Source of the DNA: Octopus sinensis
Taxonomy: Eukaryota
Reading direction: 5' to 3'
DNA: 64,000 bases
NCBI RefSeq assembly: GCF_006345805.1
Contig: NC_043004.1
Location: 90,024,001 to 90,088,000, forward strand
The notes under the pieces are model-generated. The model worked only from the letters and a program-made list of their open reading frames with translations. It was not told the DNA's origin and did not search any database. The translations under genes were made by a program, and so were the position numbers. How positions within the stretch are numbered: the first letter of the stretch is position 1; each line of letters opens with the position of its first letter. Shown here piece by piece: positions 12,903 to 27,822 of this stretch.

Positions 12903-14581
12903 CTAGCAGAGTTACCCGGCGTTGCCTGAGTTACATACAATTGAAGAATTAGACTTTTCTGTTATATTTTCTGTAATGAACTGGAATACCTATGTTTCGA
13001 ATTTCATCAAAATTGCAGATGAGGGTTATTTCCCTCTTTACACACCCTAAAAAAATTGTAATTGTGCCACATGTATTCCATACTACTGATTTTTATGCGC
13101 ATATTCCAAAATTCCAGTCTTATAGAACCTGTTAAAAGGATTTTGCTCCTGAAAAATGGAGGTCATGGAGCTCTAAAATATGAGAGTTAAGGCCCCTATT
13201 GGGGGTGGGCCTCTTAATGTCAACCAGAGAAGTTGAATCATTAAGAATCTTTTTAACTTGGGTCTTATATCTATTGTTTGAATTTCTTTGAAATAGGAAA
13301 TATATGTTCACTGGGTTTGCAAAAGAGAGCAAAGCTACAGGAAAGCAAAAGATGAATGATCACAATAAGTAGTCAGCTACAGTACCCTAGTTGTTACCAC
13401 TACCAATGTAGGATTCCTCACCATCCAGGTGACAGGCACAGCCGTAAGATGCATTACGAATGTATAGCAATTGAAAGGGCGTGACCCAACTGAAATAAAC
13501 ATTAACAACTGTGTGACATGAGGGCTAAGGAGAAATGAAAGTTGGAGTTTGCAAATGACCACTATACTGATATGTAACTGGACAGAATAAATATACAATC
13601 TATAAATGTCTTTGAATAACCAGTCACTCATCTGGGAAGGCCTTGAAATCAATGTTACCATCTGGGAACTATGTGTGACCCAGTGATAATAAAAAGACTG
13701 AAAGGAGATCTGCAATCAAATAACTTTACTCAACACTTTGCAACTGAATCAGTGGAGGCAAAGATGCCTCTCATTTACTTGACAATTTATGCAGCACATT
13801 GCAGAAATCACAATCTAAGTATATGTCAAAGCAAACTCTTACACTGTTGTACCATTGAATTACAAATAATGCTCATCTTCTATGCTCGGAATACCCCACA
13901 GCTTCCAAGAGTACAACTATTCGTCTTTGCTTAGATAAAAATGACTAAATTGTGGGTGTTAAGTCCACATGAAGAGGTCTTTCTAACTTGTAAGAAGATG
14001 AAATTTTATAAATATTACTTCGTTTGTATCTAATATCTATGGTTAAAATTTCATCAACAGCAAAAATATATGAATTGTCATGGGGGTTGTGGCCCTTATG
14101 CATAGAATATAATTTCCAAATTTCCAAAAGATCCATTCAGTACTTTTGACTTAGTTTTGGATCATAAAAGAAATTATTAAAATTTGAGCGTTAAGGCCCC
14201 CATTAGGGTGTCTTAGAATCATCATGTGAAGTGCAAACTTTGAGAATACTTCTTGATGTGTGTCAATTACCCATGGTTGAAATTTCATCAACATTGAAAA
14301 TTTATGAATTTTCATGGGGGGTTCTGCCCCCTTTAAGCCATCTGAAATTCAAACCAAACATATTGCATTATACCTGCCCTTATGCATTGAATCTAAGTTT
14401 CAAATATCATAAGGATCCATTCAGTAATTTTGGTCCTTGAAATTGTATGAAACACACAGCATTACCCTTCTCCCTAGGCTTAGATTTTGTGTTCCAAATT
14501 TCATTATGATCGGTGCAGCAGTTTTCAAATGTATAAGTAAAACATGAACACACATAAAGACATTGAGTTTGATATAATAGA
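12903..14581 (-). mobile_element. Non-autonomous Helitron with both termini intact
   Basis: 5' A|TCTATTATATC at 14581; 3' hairpin CAGGCAACGCCGGG and CTAG|T at 12903; internal degenerate ~200-bp subrepeats. Confidence 0.8.
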
Positions 14582-14594
14582 TATGAATATGTAC

Positions 14595-14625
<31 letters not shown>

Positions 14626-14669
14626 ATATATGTGTGTATACGAATGATTTCTTTAAGTTTCTGTCTATG

Positions 14670-14684
14670 AAATGTATGTATGTA

Positions 14685-14720
<36 letters not shown>

Positions 14721-14735
14721 GTGTGTGGTGTGTGT

Positions 14736-14780
<45 letters not shown>

Positions 14781-14810
14781 TGTGGTGTGGTGTTGGTGTG
14801 TGTGTGTGTG

Positions 14811-14842
<32 letters not shown>

Positions 14843-14850
14843 ATGTATAC
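14670..14850. repeat. (TG)n/(TGG) microsatellite
   Basis: Direct inspection. Confidence 0.95.
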
Positions 14851-15964
14851 AGATGTAATGCTTCCTAGTCTTGGCGTTGTATGATACGGATGTTCTATTA
14901 CAAATGAAAACAAGGGAAAAATATTTAGATTCAGGCTCAAAAGTTTTTCTCTCAGCCTAACAGATGAAATAAGAGAATCCAGATGTATAGTGAGGTGCTG
15001 TCTTGTTCATCTGTACAATTCATGCTAACATATCAAAGTGAGGAGGATCCCACGTATGAAACTTCACACACTCATTTCCAGCCTTCATTGATGTAAATCT
15101 CACAAAAATTAGTTTTTTTTTTATACCTGTTACAACCACAACTGAATTGAAACGCAGTAGTAAGTAATATAGTTACAGTAACAAGTGGAAGCCACTTGTA
15201 ACTAGAGCAGCAGTTCCCATAATATTCCTCACTCTTGTTAAATTTTCATCTTTGATTCATTTTTGCATTAATCTTTGATATTAAATTTGTTTTCTTTCCA
15301 CAATTCAGTAAATTTTTCAAATGATCTCCAGTTATGATGGTTTCAGATGCTTTTATAATGACAGTGATTCTACTTCTGAGTGTAGATCAATATATTTTGA
15401 AACTTAAAGGTTGTGTTAATCAAGAATGATGCTCGTGTTGATAGAGTACAGCTGACATGTTTACAGTTCACATTGCTTGAAAATACATAACTCTCAAACT
15501 GCCCTCTTCTCCCAGCTGTAATTACATATTGCAGCATAACAGCATAACTACTGTAAGTAGTTTCGTTTAGTGCTGTGTTCAACTCTTGTGATATGGTTAA
15601 CAGAGAAATGGGCTCTATCAAGTTAACTTGTTCTACACATGCAACATGAAAATAGTCTTTAGTGTAGTTATGACATACTGGATTATGAGACTCACCATCA
15701 CCAATATATTGAACCTCTTCTAGCAAAATCCTTGGTGAAAAGTGAGAATTCTTGTTATTGTGATGGTGGAGAGAACAGTGAATGTCATGCAAGATAGAAG
15801 GAAAGAGAAGTTGTAACAAGTGTTAGTTGAGGTGGTGACAGCGAAAGATAGGAGAAAAAGGATCAGAAAAGAAATGCTGATAAATCAATACAGATGTATA
15901 TAACCATAACATGTTCATTCATATACACATATTCTGAGAAATGTAATAGTTTGTTGTAGCAAAG

Positions 15965-17145
15965 ACGGTGGTAGGGTTAATGGCAATGATGACAGTGGTT
16001 AATGAGGAGTTGATGACAAACAATTTATGCCTGGACCAGGTCATGAAAGTTACAGAAAAGGCTGTTCAACTAATTAGGAAGAGAGTTAACTTAGATGAGA
16101 TGCAGTTTGCTTTTGTGCCATGGAGAAGCACTACTGATGCTCTCTTCCTAGTAAAACAACAGCAGGAGAAGCATTTGACAAAAAATAAACAGCTGTTTAT
16201 AAACAATGTAGTGCTCAGTTCCTTTTTATTTATCAGTCCTCCAAGCTATAACAGAGGAGCTTAAGACTGGTTACCCAAAGGAACTCCTTTATGATCTTCA
16301 TCTTATAACTGAATAAGAATAAGAAGTAGAATAAAAAAAAAAGAAAATCCAAGTATGGAAGCAAGGCCTAGATTCAAAGGGACTTAGAGTTAACTTAGCA
16401 AAGACCAAAATCCTAGTAATCAGGAAAGCAAACAAACCACTTATCATCCCTTCAGAGAAATGGCCCTGCTCAATATATAGAAAATGTATAGGTAGAAATT
16501 CCATACAGTGTACTCAGTGAAAGTCTATGGGCACATAAGAGATGCAGCGAAATCACAGGATGGCTAACAGAGAATATAGCCTTTGTGGGTGGCAGGTGTG
16601 CAGGAACAATAAGCACTAAGAATACACAGTAAATTGAATTTCTCAAATGCCCGGGAGGGTCCTTACAGGTGGTAGGTAGTTTCTGTTAAACTAGGTGATA
16701 TAATTAGTAGGAGGAGAATCTGAAAGTGCAGTCACTAGAATAACAACCAGCTGGAGAAACCTCAAGTGCATATGTGGGGTCTTGGACATAAACAACATGC
16801 CATTATGGCTTCAATTTTAGCTGAATGGGTCTTCTCAAGTGCAAAATTACCAATTATCTCAGTTCTTTGTCATCTCCTCTGTCAGCTCAAAATCATTTTT
16901 CACCACTTCACCCTACGTCTTCCTAGGCCTTCCTCTTCCAACAGGTTACCTCCAGATTTAGAAATCAGCACCTCTCTTGCACACCACATCTGATGCTTCT
17001 TATACCCAATTTTTGTCTTAAAACATTTACACCTTGTGGTTCATGCACACTGGCACTGAACATCCAGCTGAACATGATAGCTTCCTTCTTTTTTGTGCCT
17101 TTGCATGTCCTCTGTATTCATGGCCCATGTTTCACTTACCATATA
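15965..17145. mobile_element. Rearranged RTE LINE fragments (mixed orientation)
   Basis: QFAFVPWRSTTDALFLV (+), RIGRNSI-like piece (-) and [27 protein letters not shown] (-); homologous to 23775-25545. Confidence 0.75.
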
Positions 17146-17149
17146 CAGT

Positions 17150-19509
<2,360 letters not shown>

Positions 19510-19514
<5 letters not shown>

Positions 19515-19950
19515 GTTATGCATAACTGTTCGTACACAAGCATCATATAATATGCCTTTCATTCTGTGGAATAGACCCTTTATTATCAACAAAGGTTATA
19601 GCTAATTCTAGCAACTTCAGACCAACTTACTCCAATGCTAATTTGTTCACCTAGATAATGGAATCTATCTATTTCCTCTAAGGAACTCCTAGGCATCAAA
19701 AGAAATATATTTCCTGTGTGTTCTTAGTGTTTGCTGTACCTACATATCAACTACCACAAGCTAAGACTACTTACTCTGTTAACCTTCCTGAGATTCCACT
19801 ACATTTCTTATTTCTGTAGCTTACATATTCCAAGACTCCAAGAAGTTCCTATGCACGAACTGCACTTCAGGAAGTTTACCTTCTCCTGGAAGGAAGTTCT
19901 AACAAGAACAAGGAGTCCTTTCACTCTCAGTAGTTCACATGCTAATTAAT
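19510..19950 (-). mobile_element. RTE LINE fragment, upstream continuation of 16790-17145
   Basis: [20 protein letters not shown] on the minus strand, matching KGLSLRVKGRLYDACVQTAM at about 25120-25180. Confidence 0.7.
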
Positions 19951-20363
19951 CCACAACCGGAATCATAACAGCTGCTACTACTCTGGATCAGAGTAAACTT
20001 GAGAATAATAATAGCTGAGGGAAGATTTCACACTCCTCAATACCTGGAACTTTCATACCAAGGCCCCACTAGCAGATACAGTTTAAAGTCATAACCACAT
20101 GTGTGTGTACGAGGTGCATTCTAGAAGTTTTGAGCTTTTTTTAGAAGCAGTCATAACTAACCTGGATTATTGTAGGTTTAGTATACCATTACTAACCTAA
20201 TCTAATAAGCTAGCCTGCCAACATTTTTGCTCCAGGATGAAGCCAGAGGAACCTATTTTGAAGGAGGTTAGAATTTTGTACTACTTTGAAATTAACAAAT
20301 GTCACTTCTCAAAAGTCTCAAAATTTGTGGAATGTACTTTGTGTGTATGTGTTTATGTGTGTA

Positions 20364-20421
<58 letters not shown>

Positions 20422-20423
20422 TA

Positions 20424-21327
20424 TGAGGTGGTAATAAAAAGTTCCTGGACTAGTTCCGTAGTATGCCAACAGATGGCAGTACATGGTTTTATGCACAGTG
20501 AGAGCCAACAGTGACCTTCATGGGGCAGTGTGCAGAGTGACATTATTGTATTTAATTCACAGGTTGTGAAATTTGTATTTTTGTGATCATGTGTATGCTG
20601 TAGTCTGCAATTTTTGTCATGGACAAGAAGTTGGAACAAAGAACCAACATGAGGTTTTATGTTTAACTTGGGAAGTCTGCTACAGAGACATTGAGCATCC
20701 TTCAAGAAGTTTACAGCAACAGGGTAATGGGTTGTATGCAATGTTTTGAGTGACACGGGCACTTTAAAAGACATGACAGAGCCACAGCTCAATGACAGAG
20801 CATGCTCGTCATTTTTTTCAACATCTGCAGTATTGTGCATCGAGAATTCATCCCCCAGGGCCAGAGAATCCGTACCCCTCCTGGGCTGGGCCAGACTGTC
20901 AATCAAGAGTTCTGCTCTGACATTTTGAAGCATTTGAGGGAAGGGGACATTCAGCAAAAGCAATCAGATCTGTGGAGCGCAAAGAATTGGATTCTTAATG
21001 ACGACAATACACCTTATCACAGAGCTCTTCTTACTCATTATATCTTCACCAGATTTAGCACCTGCAGACTTCCATCTCTTCTTCAAGAGGAAAATGCAGC
21101 TCAAAGGTTGTCGTTTTAACACCATTGTTGAGATCAAGAGCAAATTACAGAAGCTCCTCAACTCCTTTACGGAAAACAACTTCCAGGCCAGATTCCAAAA
21201 TGGCAAGAATGCTGAGACCAGTGTATTGCTGCACAAGGTGACTATTTTGAAGATGATGTTAAAATTAAGGTAAATAAGTTATTTTTTTAAAATATAAGTA
21301 GTCCTGAAACTTTTTGATACCACCTCG
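20424..21327 (+). mobile_element. Internally deleted mariner element
   Basis: TIRs TA|(T/C)GAGGTGGTA..AAAAAGTT..GGACTA with TA targets; EFIPQGQ, TVNQEF, DDNTPYH and SPDLAPADFHLF motifs. Confidence 0.85.
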
Positions 21328-21346
21328 TATATATATATATATATAT

Positions 21347-21645
21347 CTCACGTGATCACGTGACCGACCAGGCTACCAGATGTTGCTACACACCGCTGGT
21401 CACAATGCGCTTCACATTGTTTTTTAGCCTTCAAATGACGCCACCCCGCTGGCTAAGCGAGCAGGCTAACAGAAGAAAGAGTCAGAGAAAGTTGCGGTGA
21501 AAGAGTACAGCAGGGGTCGCCACCACCCTCGTGGAGCTTTAGGTGTTTTTGCTCAATAAACACACACAACGCCCGGTCTGGGAATCGAAACCGCAATCCT
21601 CTGACCGTGAGTCCACTTCCCTAACCACTGGGCCATTGTGCCTCC
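21347..21645 (-). mobile_element. tRNA-derived SINE (third family)
   Basis: GGAGGCACAATGGCCCAGTGGTTAGGG (A box) and GGTTTCGATTCC (B box) followed by a non-tRNA body. Confidence 0.75.
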
Positions 21646-21656
21646 ATATATATATA

Positions 21657-21890
21657 CTTTCTCTCTTTTACTCTTTTACTTGTTTCAGTCATTTGACTGT
21701 GGCCATGCTGGAGCACCACCTTTAGTCGAGCAAATCAACCCCAGGACTTATTCTTTGTAAGCCTAGTACTTATTCTATTGGTCTCTTTTGTCGAACCGCT
21801 AAGTTATGGGGACATAAACACACCAGCATCGGTTGTCAAGCGATGTTGGGGGGACAAACAAAGACACACAAACATATACACACACACATA
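21657..21890 (-). mobile_element. SINE family A, 3' half
   Basis: Reverse complement of the family A 3' region. Confidence 0.85.
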
Positions 21891-21894
21891 CAAT

Positions 21895-22249
21895 TGTCCT
21901 CATGGACTTCCTGGAATTGTAATCAATTGTCTGTTGAACTTGCTGGATAAATTCAGGTGTTCTGATGATTTCAGAGCATTTAGAATACTTTTTATGCTTT
22001 GATACTGGTGATACATTTCCATTTTCAGTCTCTACTTTGTAGATGAAAGACCTGGCAACTTTTAAAAATTTAGATATTTCTAACTCGCTATGCTCAGAGC
22101 CTTTATAACCACAATAACAGCATACCTCTTCATTTCTTGAGTAAGCTGAGGGTCTGCCATTATTATTTTCTGAATCAAAGATTATACAGAGTAAGCAAAA
22201 AATGCAGCAATGACCCAAAAAAGGTATGTCCTCAAATAGCTTACACACT
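21895..22249 (-). mobile_element. maT/Tc1-like 5' fragment with TIR, same family as 2037-3267; a second inverted TIR piece lies at 22317-22410
   Basis: Homologous to 2920-3267; ends CACACTCTG|TA. Confidence 0.8.
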
Positions 22250-22272
22250 CTGTATATATATATATATTATAT

Positions 22273-22310
<38 letters not shown>

Positions 22311-22609
22311 GATACACAGCGTACATAAGGTATTTGAGGACATACCATTTTTGGATCCTTACTGCATTTTTTGCTCACTCTGTATAATCTCTGTTTCAGA
22401 AAATAATACATATACAATAATAATATAATAATGTATCATAATAATAATATATATACTCCAATTAAAGCTACATTTATCTAAATTTATATACACATATATA
22501 TATATATATAAATTTTTATTCACACACATACAAATAGATGTATTTGGACCAAAACGGATAACCCAAATGGAGTACACAATGTCCCAATAGGTTCATATGA
22601 TAGTGCAGA

Positions 22610-23640
22610 TACATGTGATTTAGTTGGTTCATACATATAAGACCATCTAAATTTGAAATTCCCTAACTATAGCATCAGTATATATCAGGATGATGCTTTG
22701 TCAGTATTAAACAATCGTGATGGTCATGCTATGGATTCCTTTAGAAAACAGTTGATTTCAACCTTTAGGTCTTTAGGGCTTAGAATCTCTATTGACCCTA
22801 ACCTAACTAGATCTGACTTTTTAGATGTTTCCTTAGACCTCAAAACTAATTCCTATAAGCTCTTCTAGAAGCCTAACAAGAATCTAAAATATATTAATAA
22901 ACACTCCTGCTACCTACCTACTGTATTTAAGAACTTAATTCTGAGCATTAGCTTCGTCTAAAGAAATACTCAAAAAGGCTTCCCAATATTTTAATAAGGC
23001 TCTACAAGAAATTAACTCTACTGATAAACTCTTTCATAATCCTCCACTTTTTCAATCATCTAGTTTATGGTTCACTCCACCTTTCTCCCTAAATTTTAGG
23101 ACAAATATAGTTAGAGAGGTCTTACACTTATTAGATATTCACTTTCCTAGTAGCCATAGCTACAGAAACATATTTGCAGAAACATGATTAAAATTACCTT
23201 TTCTTGCCCCCCACCTAATGTAAAGCCCTACATCAATAAACAACCAGCGACTCAAACCTCTCCTGGATGCACATGCAGTGATAAATCTACATGTACTTTA
23301 GGGCGGGCCTGTGATATATCCTCTGTTGTTCATGAAGCACAGTTATCAGCAAACAATGACAATGGTCAAACAGAGACCAAGCATTATATTAGATCAGTGG
23401 AAGGAAAATTTAAATCCAGATATAACAACTATCTTTCAACCTTTACACACTGCAATAAGAGACATGCAACAACCCTCTCAGCATTAATCTGGGATCTTAT
23501 AGATGAAAACATTAACTACAACATCAAATGGAAACTCCTTTTGAAGACCAAACCTTATATTAATGGATCAAAATGGTGTTCAATATGTTACCTTGCAGAA
23601 ATATACATTTTCCAATGACTGTGAAAATTCCAGGGAAAAG
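22610..23640 (+). mobile_element. Penelope-like element (RT C-terminus plus GIY-YIG endonuclease), decayed
   Basis: IYQDDALSVL, DFLDVSLDLKTNSYK, CTCSDKSTCTLGRAC..VVHEA..HYIRSVEGKFKSRYNNY..KWKLL..KWCSICYLAE. Confidence 0.85.
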
Positions 23641-23774
23641 ATTTTTTCTTTATGTCTGCATTTTAAATTATACATTTTGGCAGAAATTAAAAAGAGACCA
23701 CTAGAGACATCATAAACCATACCACTCTGGTTTGTGTAATTTTGATATGCATAATAACATTGAGGTTATTATGC

Positions 23775-25545
23775 ATATCAAATGTGTCTGCATGGATGAT
23801 GGTTCACTTGCACTAAACGAGGCTGCAAAGAGAGAGGTTTGGAGGCACCACTATGAAAGGTTGCTGAATAAAGAGAATGAATGGGAGAAAGAGAGTCTGC
23901 TGAATGTTGACCCAACAGAGGGACCAGCTATCCGAGTCGACAGTATCTTGGTAGATACAGCAATTAAGAGTATGAAGACAGGGAAAGCCCCTGGCCCATC
24001 AGGAATCCCTGCAGAGATGTTTAAAATATCCGGTGGTGTCGGCTATAGTCTAGTCACCTGTATAGTCAATTAGGTGATACATGAAGGAGTCATACCCAAT
24101 GACTGGTGTAGCAGCACTATAGTCAACTGCTACAAAGGTAAGGGTGATGCATAAGATACAAATAATTACAGAGGTATCAAGTTGTTGGATCAGGTAATGA
24201 AGGTCATGGAGAGGGTCATAGCCCAACTAATTAGAGAGAAAGTCAGTTTAGATGAGATGTAGTTTGAGTTTGTGCCACTGATGCTATATTTCTGGTAAGA
24301 CAGCTGCAGGAGAAATACCTAGCCAAAGATAAACCTCTGTACATGGCTTGTGCTGACATGGAGAAAGCCTTTGACAGAGTCCCCTGATCCCTTATCTGGT
24401 GGTCAATGAGGAAACTAGGGATAGATGAACGGTTAGTGAGAGCTGTGCAAGCCATGTACAGGGACGCTGTCAGTAAGGTGAGGGTTGGCAACAAGTACAG
24501 TGAAGAATTCAAGGTAGAGGTAGGGGTCCACTAAGGTTCAGTCCTCAGCCCCCTCCTATTTATCATAGTCCTCCAGGCAATAACAGAAGAATTCAAGACA
24601 AGATGCCCTTGGGAGCTCCTCTATGCTGACAACCTTGCTCTAATTGCTGAGTCACTATCAGAGCTAGAGGAGAAGTTCTAGGTGTGGAAATAAGGATTAC
24701 AATCGAAGGGCCTTAGAGTCAACCTAGCTAAAACCAAAGTCCTAACAAGTCTGAAGGCAGGCAACCCACAAATCCCTTCAGGTAGATGGCCCTGCTCGAT
24801 CTGTAGAAAAGGCATAGGTAGAAACTCTATAAGATGTACCCAGTGTAAGCTATGGACACATAAGAGGTGCAGCAATATCAAAGGAAGGCTAACTGGGAAG
24901 AGAGTTTTTGTATATGGCAGATGCTCAGGAGCAATAAACACTGAAAATGTGCAGAGAACAACTTCTGCCACATTCCAGGGAGGAAAACTAGAAGTAGTTG
25001 ATAGCTTTCGTTACCTAGGTGACCAAGTCAGTAGCAGGGGAGGGTGCGCTGAAAGTGTAGCTGCGAGAATAAGAATAGCCTGGGCAAAGTTCAGAGAGCT
25101 CTTACCTCTGCTGGTGACAAAGGGCCTCTCGCTCAGAGTAAAAGGTAGACTGTATGACGCATGTGTACAAACAGCCATGCTACATGGCAGTGAAACATGG
25201 GCCATGAATGCTGAGGACATGCGTAAGCTCGCAAGGAATGAAGCCAGTATGCTCCAATGGATGTGTAATGTCAGTGTGCATACTCGTCAGAGTGTAAGTA
25301 CCTTGAGAGAAAAGTTGGACCTAAGAAGCATCAGATGTGGTATGCAAGAGAGACGACTGCACTGGTATAGTCATGTGGTGAGAATGAATGAAGATAGCTG
25401 TGTGCAAAAGTGCCACACCCTAGCAGTTGAGGGAACTGTAGAAGAGGTAGACCCAGGAGACCTGGGATTAGGTGGTGAAGCATGACCTTTGAATATTAGG
25501 CCTCACTGGGGCAATGACTAGTGACCGAGACCTTTGGAAATATGC
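23775..25545 (+). mobile_element. 5'-truncated RTE-clade LINE, RT pseudogene
   Basis: MKTGKAPGPSG, NYRGIKLL, DMEKAFDRVP, GVH*GSVLSPLLF, LLYADNL, HGSETW and RLHWYSHVVR motifs with several stops. Confidence 0.9.
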
Positions 25546-25796
25546 AGTCAAATCATATCTATAAAGACTGCTCAGGGCATTTACTTATGGAATAACTGGA
25601 AAGGTATACATGCTTTTTTTAATTTTAAACCATGAATCAAAATATTATTATTATTATTATTATTATTGTTGTTGTTGTTGTTGTATTTAGGAATGGTTAT
25701 TTTGCCAGTTTAGTCAATAAAAACACACGTACTATATATTTGGTGTTAACTTGCTTCAGCGTTATTTATTTTTTACATTAATCTTAAGCTTATTTC

Positions 25797-25840
25797 GACC
25801 AGAGTTCTTTTGTCACACTTCTATGACCTCATCAGTGGTC
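25797..25840 (-). ncRNA. Minimal type I hammerhead ribozyme fold (G12A variant)
   Basis: gacca-CTGATGA-g-GTCAT agaagt GTGAC-AAAA-gaac-TC-tggtc; perfect 5-bp stem I. Confidence 0.65.
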
Positions 25841-25910
25841 CTTTGCTTTCTTCTTTCTTATTTGTGTGTCTCTCCTTACTAACGGTCAGCCAAGAAAGAA
25901 GAAAACAAAG

Positions 25911-25954
25911 GACCATTGATGAGGTCACAGGAGTGTGACGAAAGAACTCTGGCC
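25911..25954 (+). ncRNA. Minimal type I hammerhead ribozyme fold (C3U variant)
   Basis: gacca-TTGATGA-g-GTCAC aggagt GTGAC-GAAA-gaac-TC-tggcc. Confidence 0.65.
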
Positions 25955-26368
25955 GAAATAAGATTAAGATTAATGTAAAAAATAAATAACACTGAAGCAA
26001 AGTAACACCAAATATATAGTGCATGTGTTTTTATTGGCTAAACTGGCAAAATGACCATTCCTAAATACAACAATATATGTTTCAACACACGATTTCACAT
26101 CAAGAATCTTGCAAAACAAATATATAAACGAAAAATTATTATTATTATTATTATTATTATTAATAACAATTTCATTCGGTTTGAAGCAACTTCTAACAGA
26201 AACCTAGCTTGTTCAGGTTTAGATTACTAAATGAACAAACACTGGAAAAAGGACTGCTATTGGTCAAAGCAGGTCACATGGTCTTGCTTGAGGTGAGATC
26301 AGCTGTCTTTTGTCTGGAGGAGCTTTGTAGAGATTTGGAAAATTGACAGAACCAAGGCCAGTGAGTTT

Positions 26369-26428
<60 letters not shown>

Positions 26429-26455
26429 ACATAAGAAATTAATGCATGATATATA

Positions 26456-26851
26456 CAGGAGTGGCTGTGTGGTAAGTAGCTTGCTTGCCAACCACATGGT
26501 TCCGGGTTCAGTCCTACTGCGTGGCTCCTTGGGCAAGTGTCTTCTACTATAGCCTTGGGCCGACCAAAGCCTTGTGAGTGGATTTGGCAGACGGAAACTG
26601 AAAGAAGCCTGTTGTATATATGTATATATATATATATATGTGCATGTATGTTTGTGTGCGTGTTTCTCCTCCTAGCATTGCTTGACAACCGATGCTGGTG
26701 TGTTTATGTCCCCGTCACTTAGCGATTCAGCAAAAGAGACCGATAGAATAAGTACTGGGCTTACAAAGAATAAGTCCCAGGGTCGAGTTGCTCGACGGTG
26801 CTCCAGCATGGCCGCAGTCAAATGACTGAAACAAGTAAAAGAGTAAAAGAG
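26456..26851 (+). mobile_element. SINE family A
   Basis: Homologous to the other family A copies. Confidence 0.9.
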
Positions 26852-27099
26852 TATGTGTATACGTGAACATATTTAGGGTGCCTATATGGATGTGTGTGTA
26901 TGTACATTCTTGCATTTGAGTATTAACGTGAGTGTGTGCATATTTTTCTGTAAGAACATATATGCATGCATAGTGTGTGTGTGTGGACATATACAGTGTG
27001 TAGTAAATAACTATTGTCTAAATTACGCGAAAATGAAAATAACACTGACATCTCATTTTACTAGATATATCTACCAAAATTACATAAAAATATCTTGAA

Positions 27100-27822
27100 A
27101 TACTAAAGAGTAAATTTATCCAATCAAATCACCATTGGCTTCAACCATGGTCTCCAGACGACTTTGGAATCTCCTGCAGCTCTTCTGGATGGTCTCCTTG
27201 TTTAAGTTGGTGAATGTTGCCATATTCCTTGCTTTCAGTTCATCTTTGGTGTTACAAGGACTTTTATTGCCTATTGCTCACCTGCACCCCATATACATTA
27301 ATCAAAGGGATTGCAATCTGGGAGTTATGTGGCCAGATGTTAGGGATGATGTGGTCACAGAAATTGTGACAGCCATGACTGGGTTCTCCTGCTTGTGTGG
27401 CATGATGCAGAGTCCTGTTACTAGATACAGGGTCTTCCAGCAGCCACCCTCTTGACCCAGGGCAGCATTACCTCCTCCAGGCACTTGATGTAGGTCTCCA
27501 TGTTGAGTCTGAGGCATAATGTCACCATCACTAGTAATTACTCCAAACACCATGATGTTGACTGTATGTTTGATTTTTTTATCACTGTCAGTACATGCAC
27601 AGTCGTCAGATTGATACCCAAACACTCTGAAATATTCATATTGCAGCTCCCAGTATATTTCCAAATTTCTGGCCGAATGAATTGTGTCATGGAGCTGTTT
27701 TCCTCATAAACAGTGCCCAACTGACCCTACTATACTATGTAATCAACAAAATAAAAAAACAAACAATGTGCATGCGTGAAATTGAAAATATAAAATGGTG
27801 ACAATTTACCCATCGCACTCTA
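27100..27822 (-). mobile_element. maT/Tc1-like transposase remnant
   Basis: IMVFGVITSDGDIMP and a HITPNIWPHNSQIAIP-like region; TIR-like end near 27790-27822. Confidence 0.7.

Larger units (their letters stand above)
25676..26073. repeat. ~390-bp palindrome: two ~180-bp inverted arms (about 92% identical) around a ~33-nt spacer; Penelope pLTR-like
   Basis: Left arm TTGTATTTAGGAATGG..TTCTTTCTT is the reverse complement of AAGAAAGAA..CCATTCCTAAATACAA. Confidence 0.92.

Noticed and set aside
21560-21645. tRNA gene (likewise the heads of SINE families A and B)
   Set aside because: A/B boxes are present, but there is no complete cloverleaf and the head runs into a SINE body.
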